Source: Flavobacteriales bacterium
GTDB lineage: Bacteria > Bacteroidota > Bacteroidia > Flavobacteriales_F > PHOS-HE28
Length of the DNA stretch: 64,000 bases
Direction: 5' to 3'
NCBI GenBank assembly: GCA_041745875.1
Contig: JBGTIB010000109.1
Location: 1,976-65,975, forward strand
Shown: one piece after another, positions 29,396 to 37,296 of the stretch
Layout of the letters: each line of letters starts with the position of its first letter
Position numbering within the stretch: the stretch's first letter is position 1
The notes under the pieces: model-generated
Told to the model about the DNA's origin: nothing
The model's input: the letters and a program-made list of their open reading frames with translations, nothing else
The model's database searches: none
Program-made: the position numbers and the translations under genes

Positions 29396-29463
29396 GATAC
29401 AAAGGTCGCTTATGCGCGGGCCATTACCTTGGTGCGACTTCAGCTTCGATCAACGGTGAACCC

Positions 29464-30552
29464 ATGCTCCGCTCCACCACGCTCTGCTTTCTGATCCTTC
29501 ATGGCATCGCGCTCTTGGCGAAACACTATGAAGTACCTCCCGGTGATGTGGGCGAATATTTCGCGAACCTGCCCGAGGACGCCACCAGCGTGAGTTTCAC
29601 CGGCGCCGCGATCTATCGCAGCACCGGCGATATCGTGCTGCCCGCACGGCGCATGCTGGTGATCGATGGGGCAGGCACAAGGCTCCAGTTGGGTCCCACC
29701 TCCCGCGGGTTCGTCACGCGGGTGGCCGATCAACAGGAAGCCATGCGCCGCATGGGCAACCGATATGTGATCCGCGATTTCGGGGCCATTGAGGGTGGCC
29801 GCAAGGCGATCGACCTACAGGCGACCTTGGGAAGCGTGATCAGCAATTGCAGGATGGTGGGGCAGACCGAAACGGCGGTAGACCTGCGCTTCTGCCTGAT
29901 GTGCCGGATGGAGATGGTGCTGGTGACCAATGCCAAAGGAAGGGGCATCGTGCTGCGCCAGGGCGATTGGCCGGGTGCAACGGCGTACAACAGCCAGTGC
30001 AACAGCACTGTGTTGGAGCAGTGCCGCGTGTACTGTACCAAGACCACCACCCAGGCATTTACGATCCTGAACAGCGGTGGTGTGCGCATGAGCGACTGCA
30101 TCAGCGAAGGCGGACCGCCCGATCACGATGTGTTCGTCTCCGCCGTAGCCAGTGGCGACGAGGGGGCGCAGGCACGCAACCCGGTGGTCAAGTCGTTCCG
30201 ACTGGAGAATTTCCACGTGGAGCACCAAGCTCGAAAGGCTTCGGTCCACATCAACATGCCACCGCAAGCCGCTGTGGTCCTCAGCAACATCTATTGGAAC
30301 GGGGCACAAACAGCACCGGTCGTTTCCCACCACGGAGGCGATCTGACATTGATGGATATCGGCTGGTTCCACAAGGACTTCCGGATCCACACCCGCCACA
30401 CCACACCGCACATCACCGTGTTACGCTCCCATGGCCAGCTGCGCATGGGAGAGAAGGACCCCGATCATCCCGATCGATCCGGCGTGTTGCGATTGGTGAA
30501 CGCGTATACCGGGAACAAGATCCTGAAACTGCGCTATGTGAAAGTGCACTAG
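29464..30552 (+). CDS. secreted hypothetical protein, probably a right-handed parallel beta-helix
   Basis: Signal peptide MLRSTTLCFLILHGIALLA. Periodic turns of the PbH1 kind follow (VISNCRMVG, CLMCRMEMV, VLEQCRVYC, RMSDCISEG). The fold call is inference. Confidence 0.5.
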   Translation: MLRSTTLCFLILHGIALLAKHYEVPPGDVGEYFANLPEDATSVSFTGAAIYRSTGDIVLPARRMLVIDGAGTRLQLGPTSRGFVTRVADQQEAMRRMGNRYVIRDFGAIEGGRKAIDLQATLGSVISNCRMVGQTETAVDLRFCLMCRMEMVLVTNAKGRGIVLRQGDWPGATAYNSQCNSTVLEQCRVYCTKTTTQAFTILNSGGVRMSDCISEGGPPDHDVFVSAVASGDEGAQARNPVVKSFRLENFHVEHQARKASVHINMPPQAAVVLSNIYWNGAQTAPVVSHHGGDLTLMDIGWFHKDFRIHTRHTTPHITVLRSHGQLRMGEKDPDHPDRSGVLRLVNAYTGNKILKLRYVKVH

Positions 30553-30683
30553 TGCCCGATCGCCGGTTCGGTAGCGGCAGGGGCCCTAGGTGCGATACGA
30601 ATGCGCCAAGGTGGGTCTGGTGCTAAAGGACAGTACGGCACGACATGTGGATGCTTTGACCACCAACACCAAAGAGACAAGTC

Positions 30684-31028
30684 ATGAGAAAGATCAACCT
30701 CACCATTATCGCAGCCTGCCTCTTCGCAAGCGGAGCGTTGGCACAGGACGCAGCAACAACCACATCGACCGGCGATCCCCGGGAACAGTGCCTCATGGCC
30801 ACGGGTGCCGACTGGGCTCGTCTTGGGATCACACAGGAGCAGATCCTGCGCGTGAACGCGATCCAGTCCCTCTGCCTGCAGAACTGCGTAGCAGCAAAGG
30901 AGAGCGGTACCGGAACCTCGGCCGTGCTTGACCGTCACATCGCGGAACTGCGCGGCGTACTCACCCCGGAGCAGTTCGGTTCCTGGAAGGAGTGGTGTGC
31001 AGAGAAGGTTGAGAGCGCGGCGAAGTAG
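30684..31028 (+). CDS. small secreted Cys-containing LTPEQ-motif protein (paralog of 27709..28074)
   Basis: Signal peptide MRKINLTIIAACLFASGALAQ, then QCLMATGADWARLGITQEQILRVNAIQSLC...LRGVLTPEQFGSWKEWCAEK. Confidence 0.65.
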   Translation: MRKINLTIIAACLFASGALAQDAATTTSTGDPREQCLMATGADWARLGITQEQILRVNAIQSLCLQNCVAAKESGTGTSAVLDRHIAELRGVLTPEQFGSWKEWCAEKVESAAK

Positions 31029-31085
31029 CCTCTGCGAGTAGTAACACCTTCCCTTCCATTGGTACGCTCACCCCGACCTGCTCCG

Positions 31086-31310
31086 TCAGGCCGGGCCCTG
31101 TACGTGTATCCGGAAGTCATGGTAAACGACCAGCTGCCCTGCGCGGATCTTACAGGTCTTGCGCAACTCCACGGATCCGTCCACCTGCACCAGCCCGTCA
31201 GCCACCACCTGTTTGCCTTCGCCACCACTGCTGCAGGCACCAACCGCTTTCAACAATTGGTTCAGTTCGATGTGATCACCTCGAAGCGGGAAGTGGATCG
31301 GGTCCTTCAT
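31086..31310 (-). CDS. S4-domain RNA-binding protein (YbcJ family)
   Basis: 74 aa: IELNQLLKAVGACSSGGEGKQVVADGLVQVDGSVELRKTCKIRAGQLV, typical of YbcJ-like S4 proteins. Confidence 0.8.
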   Translation of the reverse strand: MKDPIHFPLRGDHIELNQLLKAVGACSSGGEGKQVVADGLVQVDGSVELRKTCKIRAGQLVVYHDFRIHVQGPA

Positions 31311-31409
31311 CTATCTATGTTGAGCTGAACGATGGTCAGGTGTCATGGACCGCAAACCTACAGCCATCCCAGCGGTACTGTTCAGGATGCTGTTGACGAC
31401 CAAATGGAA

Positions 31410-31449
31410 ATGCGAAAGTGCAGGCTTGGATCACCACGCACTTTCGCAT
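31410..31449 (-). terminator. hairpin terminator after the outer-membrane beta-barrel gene
   Basis: Perfect 12-bp inverted repeat ATGCGAAAGTGC (31410-31421) / GCACTTTCGCAT (31438-31449) with a 16-nt loop. It lies 15 nt past the stop at 31464 and is followed on the minus strand by TTCCATTTGG. Confidence 0.65.
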
Positions 31450-31463
31450 CCTCGGACCCTTAC

Positions 31464-32093
31464 TTACTGTCCTACCCCAACGGCAACGTACAGTTGCACG
31501 CACCGGTTGGTGGCATCACGCAGGAAGAGGTTGGCCACCTCACTGTCGGCCACACGGGTCAAGCCATGCATGTAGCGTATGCCGAATTGAGCACTGGGTC
31601 CCACATTGAAGGCAACTCCGCCACCCAGTCCGAAGTCCATGGACTTGAAATTGTCGCGATCAAGTTCATCGCTTCCGCTGCCAAGGTCGCCCGAACTACT
31701 ACCTCTGGCGCTCAAGAGATAGGCTGCATAAGCCCCCAGTTGAAAGTCCACGATCTCCGCCACACGCAACGAGGCCATGATCGGGAGTTCCACGTAGTTC
31801 AGTCGAAAGTCGATCTCCTGTTCGATCAAGCCGAAGAGCGCATTATAGGTTGTGGATGAGCCCTTGGTCGAATACAACAGCTCCACCTGTAGTCCCAATT
31901 GTTCGGAAGGTGCGGATCGGGCGAACAGGCCGATGTGATAGCCGAGCCGTGAACGTTCCTCGTCCGCTTCATCCACAGCGAGCGTGGAATAGTTCAATCC
32001 GCCCTTCACCCCGAACATGGGGCCTTGGGCACTGGCCGTCGTGGAGATCGCGCATGCGGCGCACGTGATGGCAATGGGTAAGAGATGTTTCAT
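31464..32093 (-). CDS. outer-membrane beta-barrel protein (porin/OmpW-like small barrel)
   Basis: I prefer ATG 32093 (MKHLLPIAITCAACAISTTASAQ). Alternating-hydrophobic strands follow (FGVKGGLNYSTL, LGYHIGLFARS, LQVELLYSTKGS, FGIRYMHGL), ending in an aromatic-rich last strand. Confidence 0.75.
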   Translation of the reverse strand: MKHLLPIAITCAACAISTTASAQGPMFGVKGGLNYSTLAVDEADEERSRLGYHIGLFARSAPSEQLGLQVELLYSTKGSSTTYNALFGLIEQEIDFRLNYVELPIMASLRVAEIVDFQLGAYAAYLLSARGSSSGDLGSGSDELDRDNFKSMDFGLGGGVAFNVGPSAQFGIRYMHGLTRVADSEVANLFLRDATNRCVQLYVAVGVGQ

Positions 32094-32299
32094 GGTGATG
32101 GGATCTTTTCTGAAATGTTCTGCCCTGGGTACCCGATACGATGCCAGTTGCGCTGACCACTGAAGCACAACGAGTTGATCAACTCTGAAAGGTGGCGGTT
32201 GGGTATCGGAACCTACCAATTGGGCAACGACTTACCCACCATGAACGACAAGACTGAACGGGAAAGCAGGGTCTGCGATCGGCACCAACCGGGAACGAC

Positions 32300-32650
32300 C
32301 TACTCCGAGTCCGCCGAAATGGACTCCTTGACATCCGCTTTCGCGGTGGCGGGCTTACGCTGTGGCATACGGTCCGCAGCACTATTGAATGTCCAATCGT
32401 ACTTGCCACCACTGCGGGGCATGGCGTGGCACTGCGGGATCAGGTTCAGCATATTGGCCTTGATCAGCTTCTTCAAGAAGAGCCGCAGATGCTTGCCTTT
32501 TTCCAGGTCCCGTTCGATCAGCTTCATATCGGCCAAAAGCCCGTAGATCTCCTCACTGCGCACGTTCACAGCACGCGTATTTTCCAAGTGTTCCTGGATG
32601 GCCTTGCTGATACGAAGCGCTTGTTGGATCTCGGCGGAAGTCAGGGACAT
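32300..32650 (-). CDS. hypothetical cytoplasmic protein
   Basis: 116-aa ORF with a helical N-terminal half and a basic tail. GC is lower than in neighbouring genes. I recognise no family. Confidence 0.5.
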   Translation of the reverse strand: MSLTSAEIQQALRISKAIQEHLENTRAVNVRSEEIYGLLADMKLIERDLEKGKHLRLFLKKLIKANMLNLIPQCHAMPRSGGKYDWTFNSAADRMPQRKPATAKADVKESISADSE

Positions 32651-32722
32651 GTGTCAAAGGTCGGTTATTCCATGGTGGTATCCCAATCCAAAGTTTCACG
32701 ACCTGCGATCCACTCCGCTCCT

Positions 32723-33238
32723 TCACGCTTCGGGAAGCTTCAGGTCCAGCACCCTCATCCGCTGCAACTCGTGTCCCAGGCGCAGTTCCGCTACACCACC
32801 TTTGCGCTTCCCGAGTAGTGCACGGGCAATGGGAGCGGTGAAGGCGATGCGTCCTTCCCGCACGTTCGCTTCATCCACACCAACGATAGTGAAGGTCATT
32901 TGCATGTCCTTCATCCGCCCCAACAGATGGAGGAAGGTCACCGTGGTGCCGAAGCGTATGTCCTTCGGTACCTCTGCGGCAGGCTCAACAACGCGGGCGG
33001 TCGCTATGCGCTCGTTCAGCAAGACCAGCCTTCCATCCAGTTCCGCCAGGGCACGCCGCACTTCCTGTTCATTGCCACTGAGCGCTGCGCGATCGGCCTC
33101 CATGGCCGAGCGTTCCTCCAGGAGCATCCGCAGCCCGCGCGGCGTCACATGGTTCGGCACGTCATCGGGCAGTGCAGCACGAGGTGGGATGAAGGGGGCC
33201 TCCTCCTGATCATCCTCTTTGACGAATCCGCGGCTCAT
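32723..33238 (-). CDS. GreA/GreB family transcription elongation factor homolog
   Basis: N-terminal coiled coil (LEERSAMEADRAAL...LAELDGRLVLLNERIATA) and a C-terminal Gre FKBP-like domain (FGTTVTF...FTIVGVDEANVREGRIAFTAPIARALLGKRKGGVAEL). ATG 33238 lies 2 nt after the upstream stop. Confidence 0.75.
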   Translation of the reverse strand: MSRGFVKEDDQEEAPFIPPRAALPDDVPNHVTPRGLRMLLEERSAMEADRAALSGNEQEVRRALAELDGRLVLLNERIATARVVEPAAEVPKDIRFGTTVTFLHLLGRMKDMQMTFTIVGVDEANVREGRIAFTAPIARALLGKRKGGVAELRLGHELQRMRVLDLKLPEA

Positions 33239-33240
33239 GT

Positions 33241-34194
33241 TCAGCGTGTACCCTGGCCTCCTTCCGGAGTCCCGGTCAGTGTGGTCGGGTACCACTGACT
33301 GCCACCCGTCGATGCGAGGCCATAGCCATAAGCCATGGTCGGTGTGTACAGTACGATGCGATCACCGGCCACCACATGGTCCAGGGCAGGCGCGTCAAGC
33401 GAAGTGTTGGACCAGGCCGTGCTTCCCGTGCTGCTCCGTCCGAAGCCATAGGCATTGTTACTTGTGTACACGACGATCCGGGCACTGGCCGTCAGTGCAC
33501 CGACCGGTGTGCCACTGAGCGTAGTGTTGTTCCAGGAACTGCCTCCCGTACTGCTGAGCGCGAAGCCATAGGCAGTGCTCGCGGTGTAAAGCACGACGCT
33601 GGAATCAGAGGCGACAGCGCCCACTACTGGACCATCCAGGTTGGTGCTGTACCACTGGCTCCCGCCGGTGGAGCTTAGTCCGAAGCCATGCGCGACACCC
33701 GCTGTATATACTACGGCACGGCCATCGCCTGTGCGGATGACTGCGCAATTGCTTTGCCCCGGCGGACCTTGGGGCCCCTGCGGCCCTGCCTGGCTGTTGG
33801 CTGCGAAAAAGGCGTATGGTACGCTCAAGAGTTGGCTCGTTCCTGCAATGCTATAGTCGCTTCCGCCGTCAGGGTCCGTTTCCGAAAGGATGAAGTAGGG
33901 GCCATCGGCCCAATCGATGCCATTGAGGTCGCCGCTCACCACGGTACCTGCACCGATCTCGAACGTGACAAGACCGTTGGAATTCGATTGCGACACATGG
34001 GTCTCCGTGTATTGCGATGGGCCGGATCCACTGCCTTGTAGAATGCTGATGCGCATCCCCACAGTTGTATTGGTCAGCAGCGCTTCAGCCGCATCGCGCA
34101 CTACCGCCTGGTAGCTGATGCGTTGCGGGGCCTGAGCATGGAGCTCGATGTGCATCAAGAGGAATGAAAAGGCAAATGGTAGGAAGGCGCGCAT
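33241..34194 (-). CDS. secreted protein with an N-terminal beta domain, a short collagen-like tract and four ~40-aa tandem repeats
   Basis: Signal peptide from ATG 34194 (MRAFLPFAFSFLLMHIELHAQA); N-terminal domain ISYQAVVRDAAEALL...QLLSVPYAFFAANS; GPQGPQGPPGQ; then 4 repeats of the pattern [VI]V[VL]YT..AYGF..SSTGGS.W....L.G.P. Confidence 0.7.
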   Translation of the reverse strand: MRAFLPFAFSFLLMHIELHAQAPQRISYQAVVRDAAEALLTNTTVGMRISILQGSGSGPSQYTETHVSQSNSNGLVTFEIGAGTVVSGDLNGIDWADGPYFILSETDPDGGSDYSIAGTSQLLSVPYAFFAANSQAGPQGPQGPPGQSNCAVIRTGDGRAVVYTAGVAHGFGLSSTGGSQWYSTNLDGPVVGAVASDSSVVLYTASTAYGFALSSTGGSSWNNTTLSGTPVGALTASARIVVYTSNNAYGFGRSSTGSTAWSNTSLDAPALDHVVAGDRIVLYTPTMAYGYGLASTGGSQWYPTTLTGTPEGGQGTR

Positions 34195-34410
34195 GACGAA
34201 GAACTTCTTGTGTGACCGACGAAGGTAGAGGCAGCGATGGATCGTGGGATGCATTCCCCGATCTGTGCACCCATTGCACATCGGGCCGAAGTAGTGTTGC
34301 AGGGTGTTTCCCTACGGCCATGGACGTTACAGCGGATTCACATGGATCGGCATGGAGGCTGTATCAACCGGACCGTACCCGTTTGTTTAACACTACTAAA
34401 CCTCAATACC

Positions 34411-34626
34411 ATGAATAGCGCGAACGACAAGATCAAGGGGAATTGGAACGTACTGAAGGGCAAACTCAAGCAGCAGTACGGCAACCTCACCGACGATGAC
34501 CTGACTTATGTGGAGGGTAAGGAGGACGAGTTGGTCGGCCGCTTGCAAAAGGGAATGGGCAAGACCAAGGATGAAGTGAACGGTATCCTCAACGACCTGT
34601 CCACCAAGGAGCGCACCCCGCACTAA
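34411..34626 (+). CDS. CsbD family stress protein
   Basis: The internal ATG 34411 gives [56 protein letters not shown], the canonical CsbD pattern. The listed longer ORF start is implausible. Confidence 0.85.
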   Translation: MNSANDKIKGNWNVLKGKLKQQYGNLTDDDLTYVEGKEDELVGRLQKGMGKTKDEVNGILNDLSTKERTPH

Positions 34627-34649
34627 GCGATCGGTGCATGGCCTTTAGG

Positions 34650-34678
34650 TCGGCCCGTGGGATCTTCTCACGGGCCGA
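34650..34678 (+). terminator. hairpin after the CsbD gene
   Basis: 10-bp stem TCGGCCCGTG (34650-34659) / CACGGGCCGA (34669-34678) with a 9-nt loop. There is no strong T tract. Confidence 0.5.
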
Positions 34679-34876
34679 TCCTATGGTAGGGATCCCCATG
34701 ACTGAAGTTCACAACCATTGCCGGTTTGCGGCTTCGGTACCGGTATTCCGTTCCCCATATGCGGGAATGCTTTCCACAGTGCGCACTACGGCAGAGGTCA
34801 GACGATCGCAGGTTGCGCTGGAGTTTGGCATACTGGTCCTTGTCTTGCAAGCGAATAGCAACAAAAACCGATAACC

Positions 34877-35455
34877 ATGAATTTTAGGAAACGATCCATC
34901 AGGAGCATAGCACTGGCCCTACCCGTGATGACGATCTCCGTGCTATTCGTACAGTGCGGTGATGGAAGTGACGGCAACCGCGATGGTGCCATGGACAGGG
35001 GTGATACCGTAGGAATCCGTGCTTCGGATCCGCACAGCGGCTTCAATGAGTTGGACCGCAGTACCTCCGTGGACCGCACCGGTGTGCAGTACGACGATGA
35101 AGCTACTCGTACTATCCTGTACCCGGCCGATCGCCCCGTGCCAGCCACTCCAGCTGAGGAGCGGTCCAGGGCAGGTGCCGACATGCGTGGATTGCGTGCG
35201 ATCCTCATGGCCGACCTGGAGGAGGTGCGGAACCGTCTGAATGACGGCACATCCACAGAAGGGCAAAAGGAACGTGATCAGGCCCATGCGGCGGAGTTGG
35301 CCCAGGGACTGGAGCGCGTGGATCGTGCCTTGATCGCCATGGATGCCACCACCGATGCCACCTGGAGCACCATGCGTACCGCCCAGTTGAAAGAGGTGGA
35401 TGAGGTGCGTGCCTGGATGGTAGGCTACCGCGAGAAGGATCAGGCACGTCGCTAA
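34877..35455 (+). CDS. hypothetical lipoprotein
   Basis: Signal peptide with a lipobox-like VLFVQCG. The C-terminal half is acidic and helical. Confidence 0.6.
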   Translation: MNFRKRSIRSIALALPVMTISVLFVQCGDGSDGNRDGAMDRGDTVGIRASDPHSGFNELDRSTSVDRTGVQYDDEATRTILYPADRPVPATPAEERSRAGADMRGLRAILMADLEEVRNRLNDGTSTEGQKERDQAHAAELAQGLERVDRALIAMDATTDATWSTMRTAQLKEVDEVRAWMVGYREKDQARR

Positions 35456-35486
35456 GGCACCTACACTGAAAGATTGCATCCAGAAT

Positions 35487-35516
35487 GAAAGCCCGGCCAA
35501 CAGTGGTCGGGCTTTC
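35487..35516 (+). terminator. hairpin after the lipoprotein gene
   Basis: 12-bp stem GAAAGCCCGGCC / GGTCGGGCTTTC (one G-U pair) with a 6-nt loop. Confidence 0.55.
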
Positions 35517-35606
35517 TCCGTTAAGTGGACCGGCCGATCAAGTGGATCTCATGATTCTCATGCCCGGCACGGCGATCGCTTAATTGGATCACTAAATTCG
35601 AGCGCC

Positions 35607-36038
35607 ATGAAACTCATCCTCTTCTCCGTGTTCCTGCTCATTGCCTACTCCGCATTGGCACAGCAGGATAGCCTTCCACCCCCCATTGACATTGAGCAAC
35701 TACCCAGCAACGACGGAAGACTCGCACGCGTGGATGCAACGCCGAAGTTCCCCGGCGGGGAGCAGGCCATGGTGGACTACCTGAAGAAAAATTTGCGCTA
35801 CCCCGATGCGATGCGTCAGGCGCGGGTCGAAGGTGCCGCCCATGTCGCCTTCACCATTGCTGCAAGCGGTGAGTTGGAGAACATCCGGGTGCTGAGCGGC
35901 ATCCCGGAAGGGGAGCTGTTGGACCAGGAGGCCTTGCGCGTGGTGCAGGAAATGCCGCGCTGGGAACCGGCGCAAGTGAATGGTGTTCCCGTGCCCATGG
36001 AGTATGTGCTGCCGGTGACTTTCAAGGTGACGAATTAG
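35607..36038 (+). CDS. small secreted TonB C-terminal (TonB_C) domain protein
   Basis: Signal peptide MKLILFSVFLLIAYSALAQ, then ATPKFPGGEQAMVDYLKKNLRYPDAMRQARVEGAAHVAFTI...ALRVVQEMPRWEPAQVNGVPVPMEYVLPVTF. Confidence 0.8.
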   Translation: MKLILFSVFLLIAYSALAQQDSLPPPIDIEQLPSNDGRLARVDATPKFPGGEQAMVDYLKKNLRYPDAMRQARVEGAAHVAFTIAASGELENIRVLSGIPEGELLDQEALRVVQEMPRWEPAQVNGVPVPMEYVLPVTFKVTN

Positions 36039-36070
36039 GAAGTCAACGTAAAGCTTGGTTGCTCATCGAC

Positions 36071-36973
36071 TCAAGGATCCGCCGGAAGGTGGGTTATTGT
36101 TAGTACGCGGCGGAGCCTTCCTTCTTTCCATTCTTCCATCCGTATAAGCTGATCTTCGGTATAGGCCATACGGACAGACCACCGTTGGATCCACAGTGGT
36201 GGCTCAGGCTTTTGCTGAACCCACTCCATACCAGTTAGCTCGATCGGCTTTCCCTCGCTGTCTGAACGAAGATGGACCGTAGTGCATCTGGACAATGGGG
36301 ACGCGATATGCGACCGGATCATATACACAGTGTCATTGGAATAGGTGAAACGCTCTTCGCTGCCCACCTCATCGATCCCTGACGAAGAAGTCTTACGACT
36401 GTTGGTCAGCATACGTCCATTCAACCAGGTCTGAATGGACGTCGTCCTTCTTTCACTTTCCTTCAAGGGGATATCGCTTCGAAGTACGAGTGTATCTCCA
36501 GTCCACGTACTGTCCCACGCCGTTTCTTGAATTCCACGGTATGTTTCCCAGGGGCGTATGATGCGACCGCCTTTCGTACACCGTCGATGGCCCTTTGATG
36601 CATCGGCATAGTAGTACCTGTTATCATACCGGCGCTTGATCGGTATGTAAATGATAGGCTCCACCGAGGTGTATCGGGGGATCTTGCGTTGCCGCTTTAC
36701 CGGCATATCATCCTTTGAAACGCGGGCCGTAACACAGCGGACGCCGTTCTTGAGGATCACCACGGTGCATCGTCGTGTCTGTCGCTCCATTCCATGCTCA
36801 TCGTACATGACCTCCATGGCTTCGATGTTCTTACCCAAGGCGAACAATTCAAGGGGAGGCCTGGGATAGCACTGGAGAGGGTCGATCTTCGGGAAATTGA
36901 TCTCAGGCGACTGAGCGCCTGCTGATAGAGCAAATAGTACTGGCGCTGTGCAAAGCGTAACGTGGCGGATCAT
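36071..36973 (-). CDS. secreted hypothetical protein in a low-GC islet
   Basis: 300-aa ORF with signal peptide MIRHVTLCTAPVLFALSAGAQ and no recognisable motif. Hand counts on three 60-nt lines give 48-55% GC, against 72% on one counted flanking line. Confidence 0.5.
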   Translation of the reverse strand: MIRHVTLCTAPVLFALSAGAQSPEINFPKIDPLQCYPRPPLELFALGKNIEAMEVMYDEHGMERQTRRCTVVILKNGVRCVTARVSKDDMPVKRQRKIPRYTSVEPIIYIPIKRRYDNRYYYADASKGHRRCTKGGRIIRPWETYRGIQETAWDSTWTGDTLVLRSDIPLKESERRTTSIQTWLNGRMLTNSRKTSSSGIDEVGSEERFTYSNDTVYMIRSHIASPLSRCTTVHLRSDSEGKPIELTGMEWVQQKPEPPLWIQRWSVRMAYTEDQLIRMEEWKEGRLRRVLTITHLPADP

Positions 36974-37296
36974 CGGCCACAGAACGCTGAACTGCGGGCG
37001 ATGGTATGATCGGAATGTTGGACCCGGGACATACCATCCTAAACGCGATCAAGCCAGGTCTCCTGCCAGATCCCTCCACTCCCAGTTCATCCCTGCGCTC
37101 AACTTCATCTTTCGCACTCTATGCCAGCCTTCATCAACTTCTCCCTTCAATGGCGATCTAAATGCCATGGTCTTCTCGAGACAATGGCCCAGCATGGCCT
37201 AGGGTGAACCGCCCGTCACATCGGGTCCCTCTGTTAACGCGTCTTAACAGGGTTGAGTCCGTCCGATGCTCAGATTGGTGGATAATTTCCAAGGAC

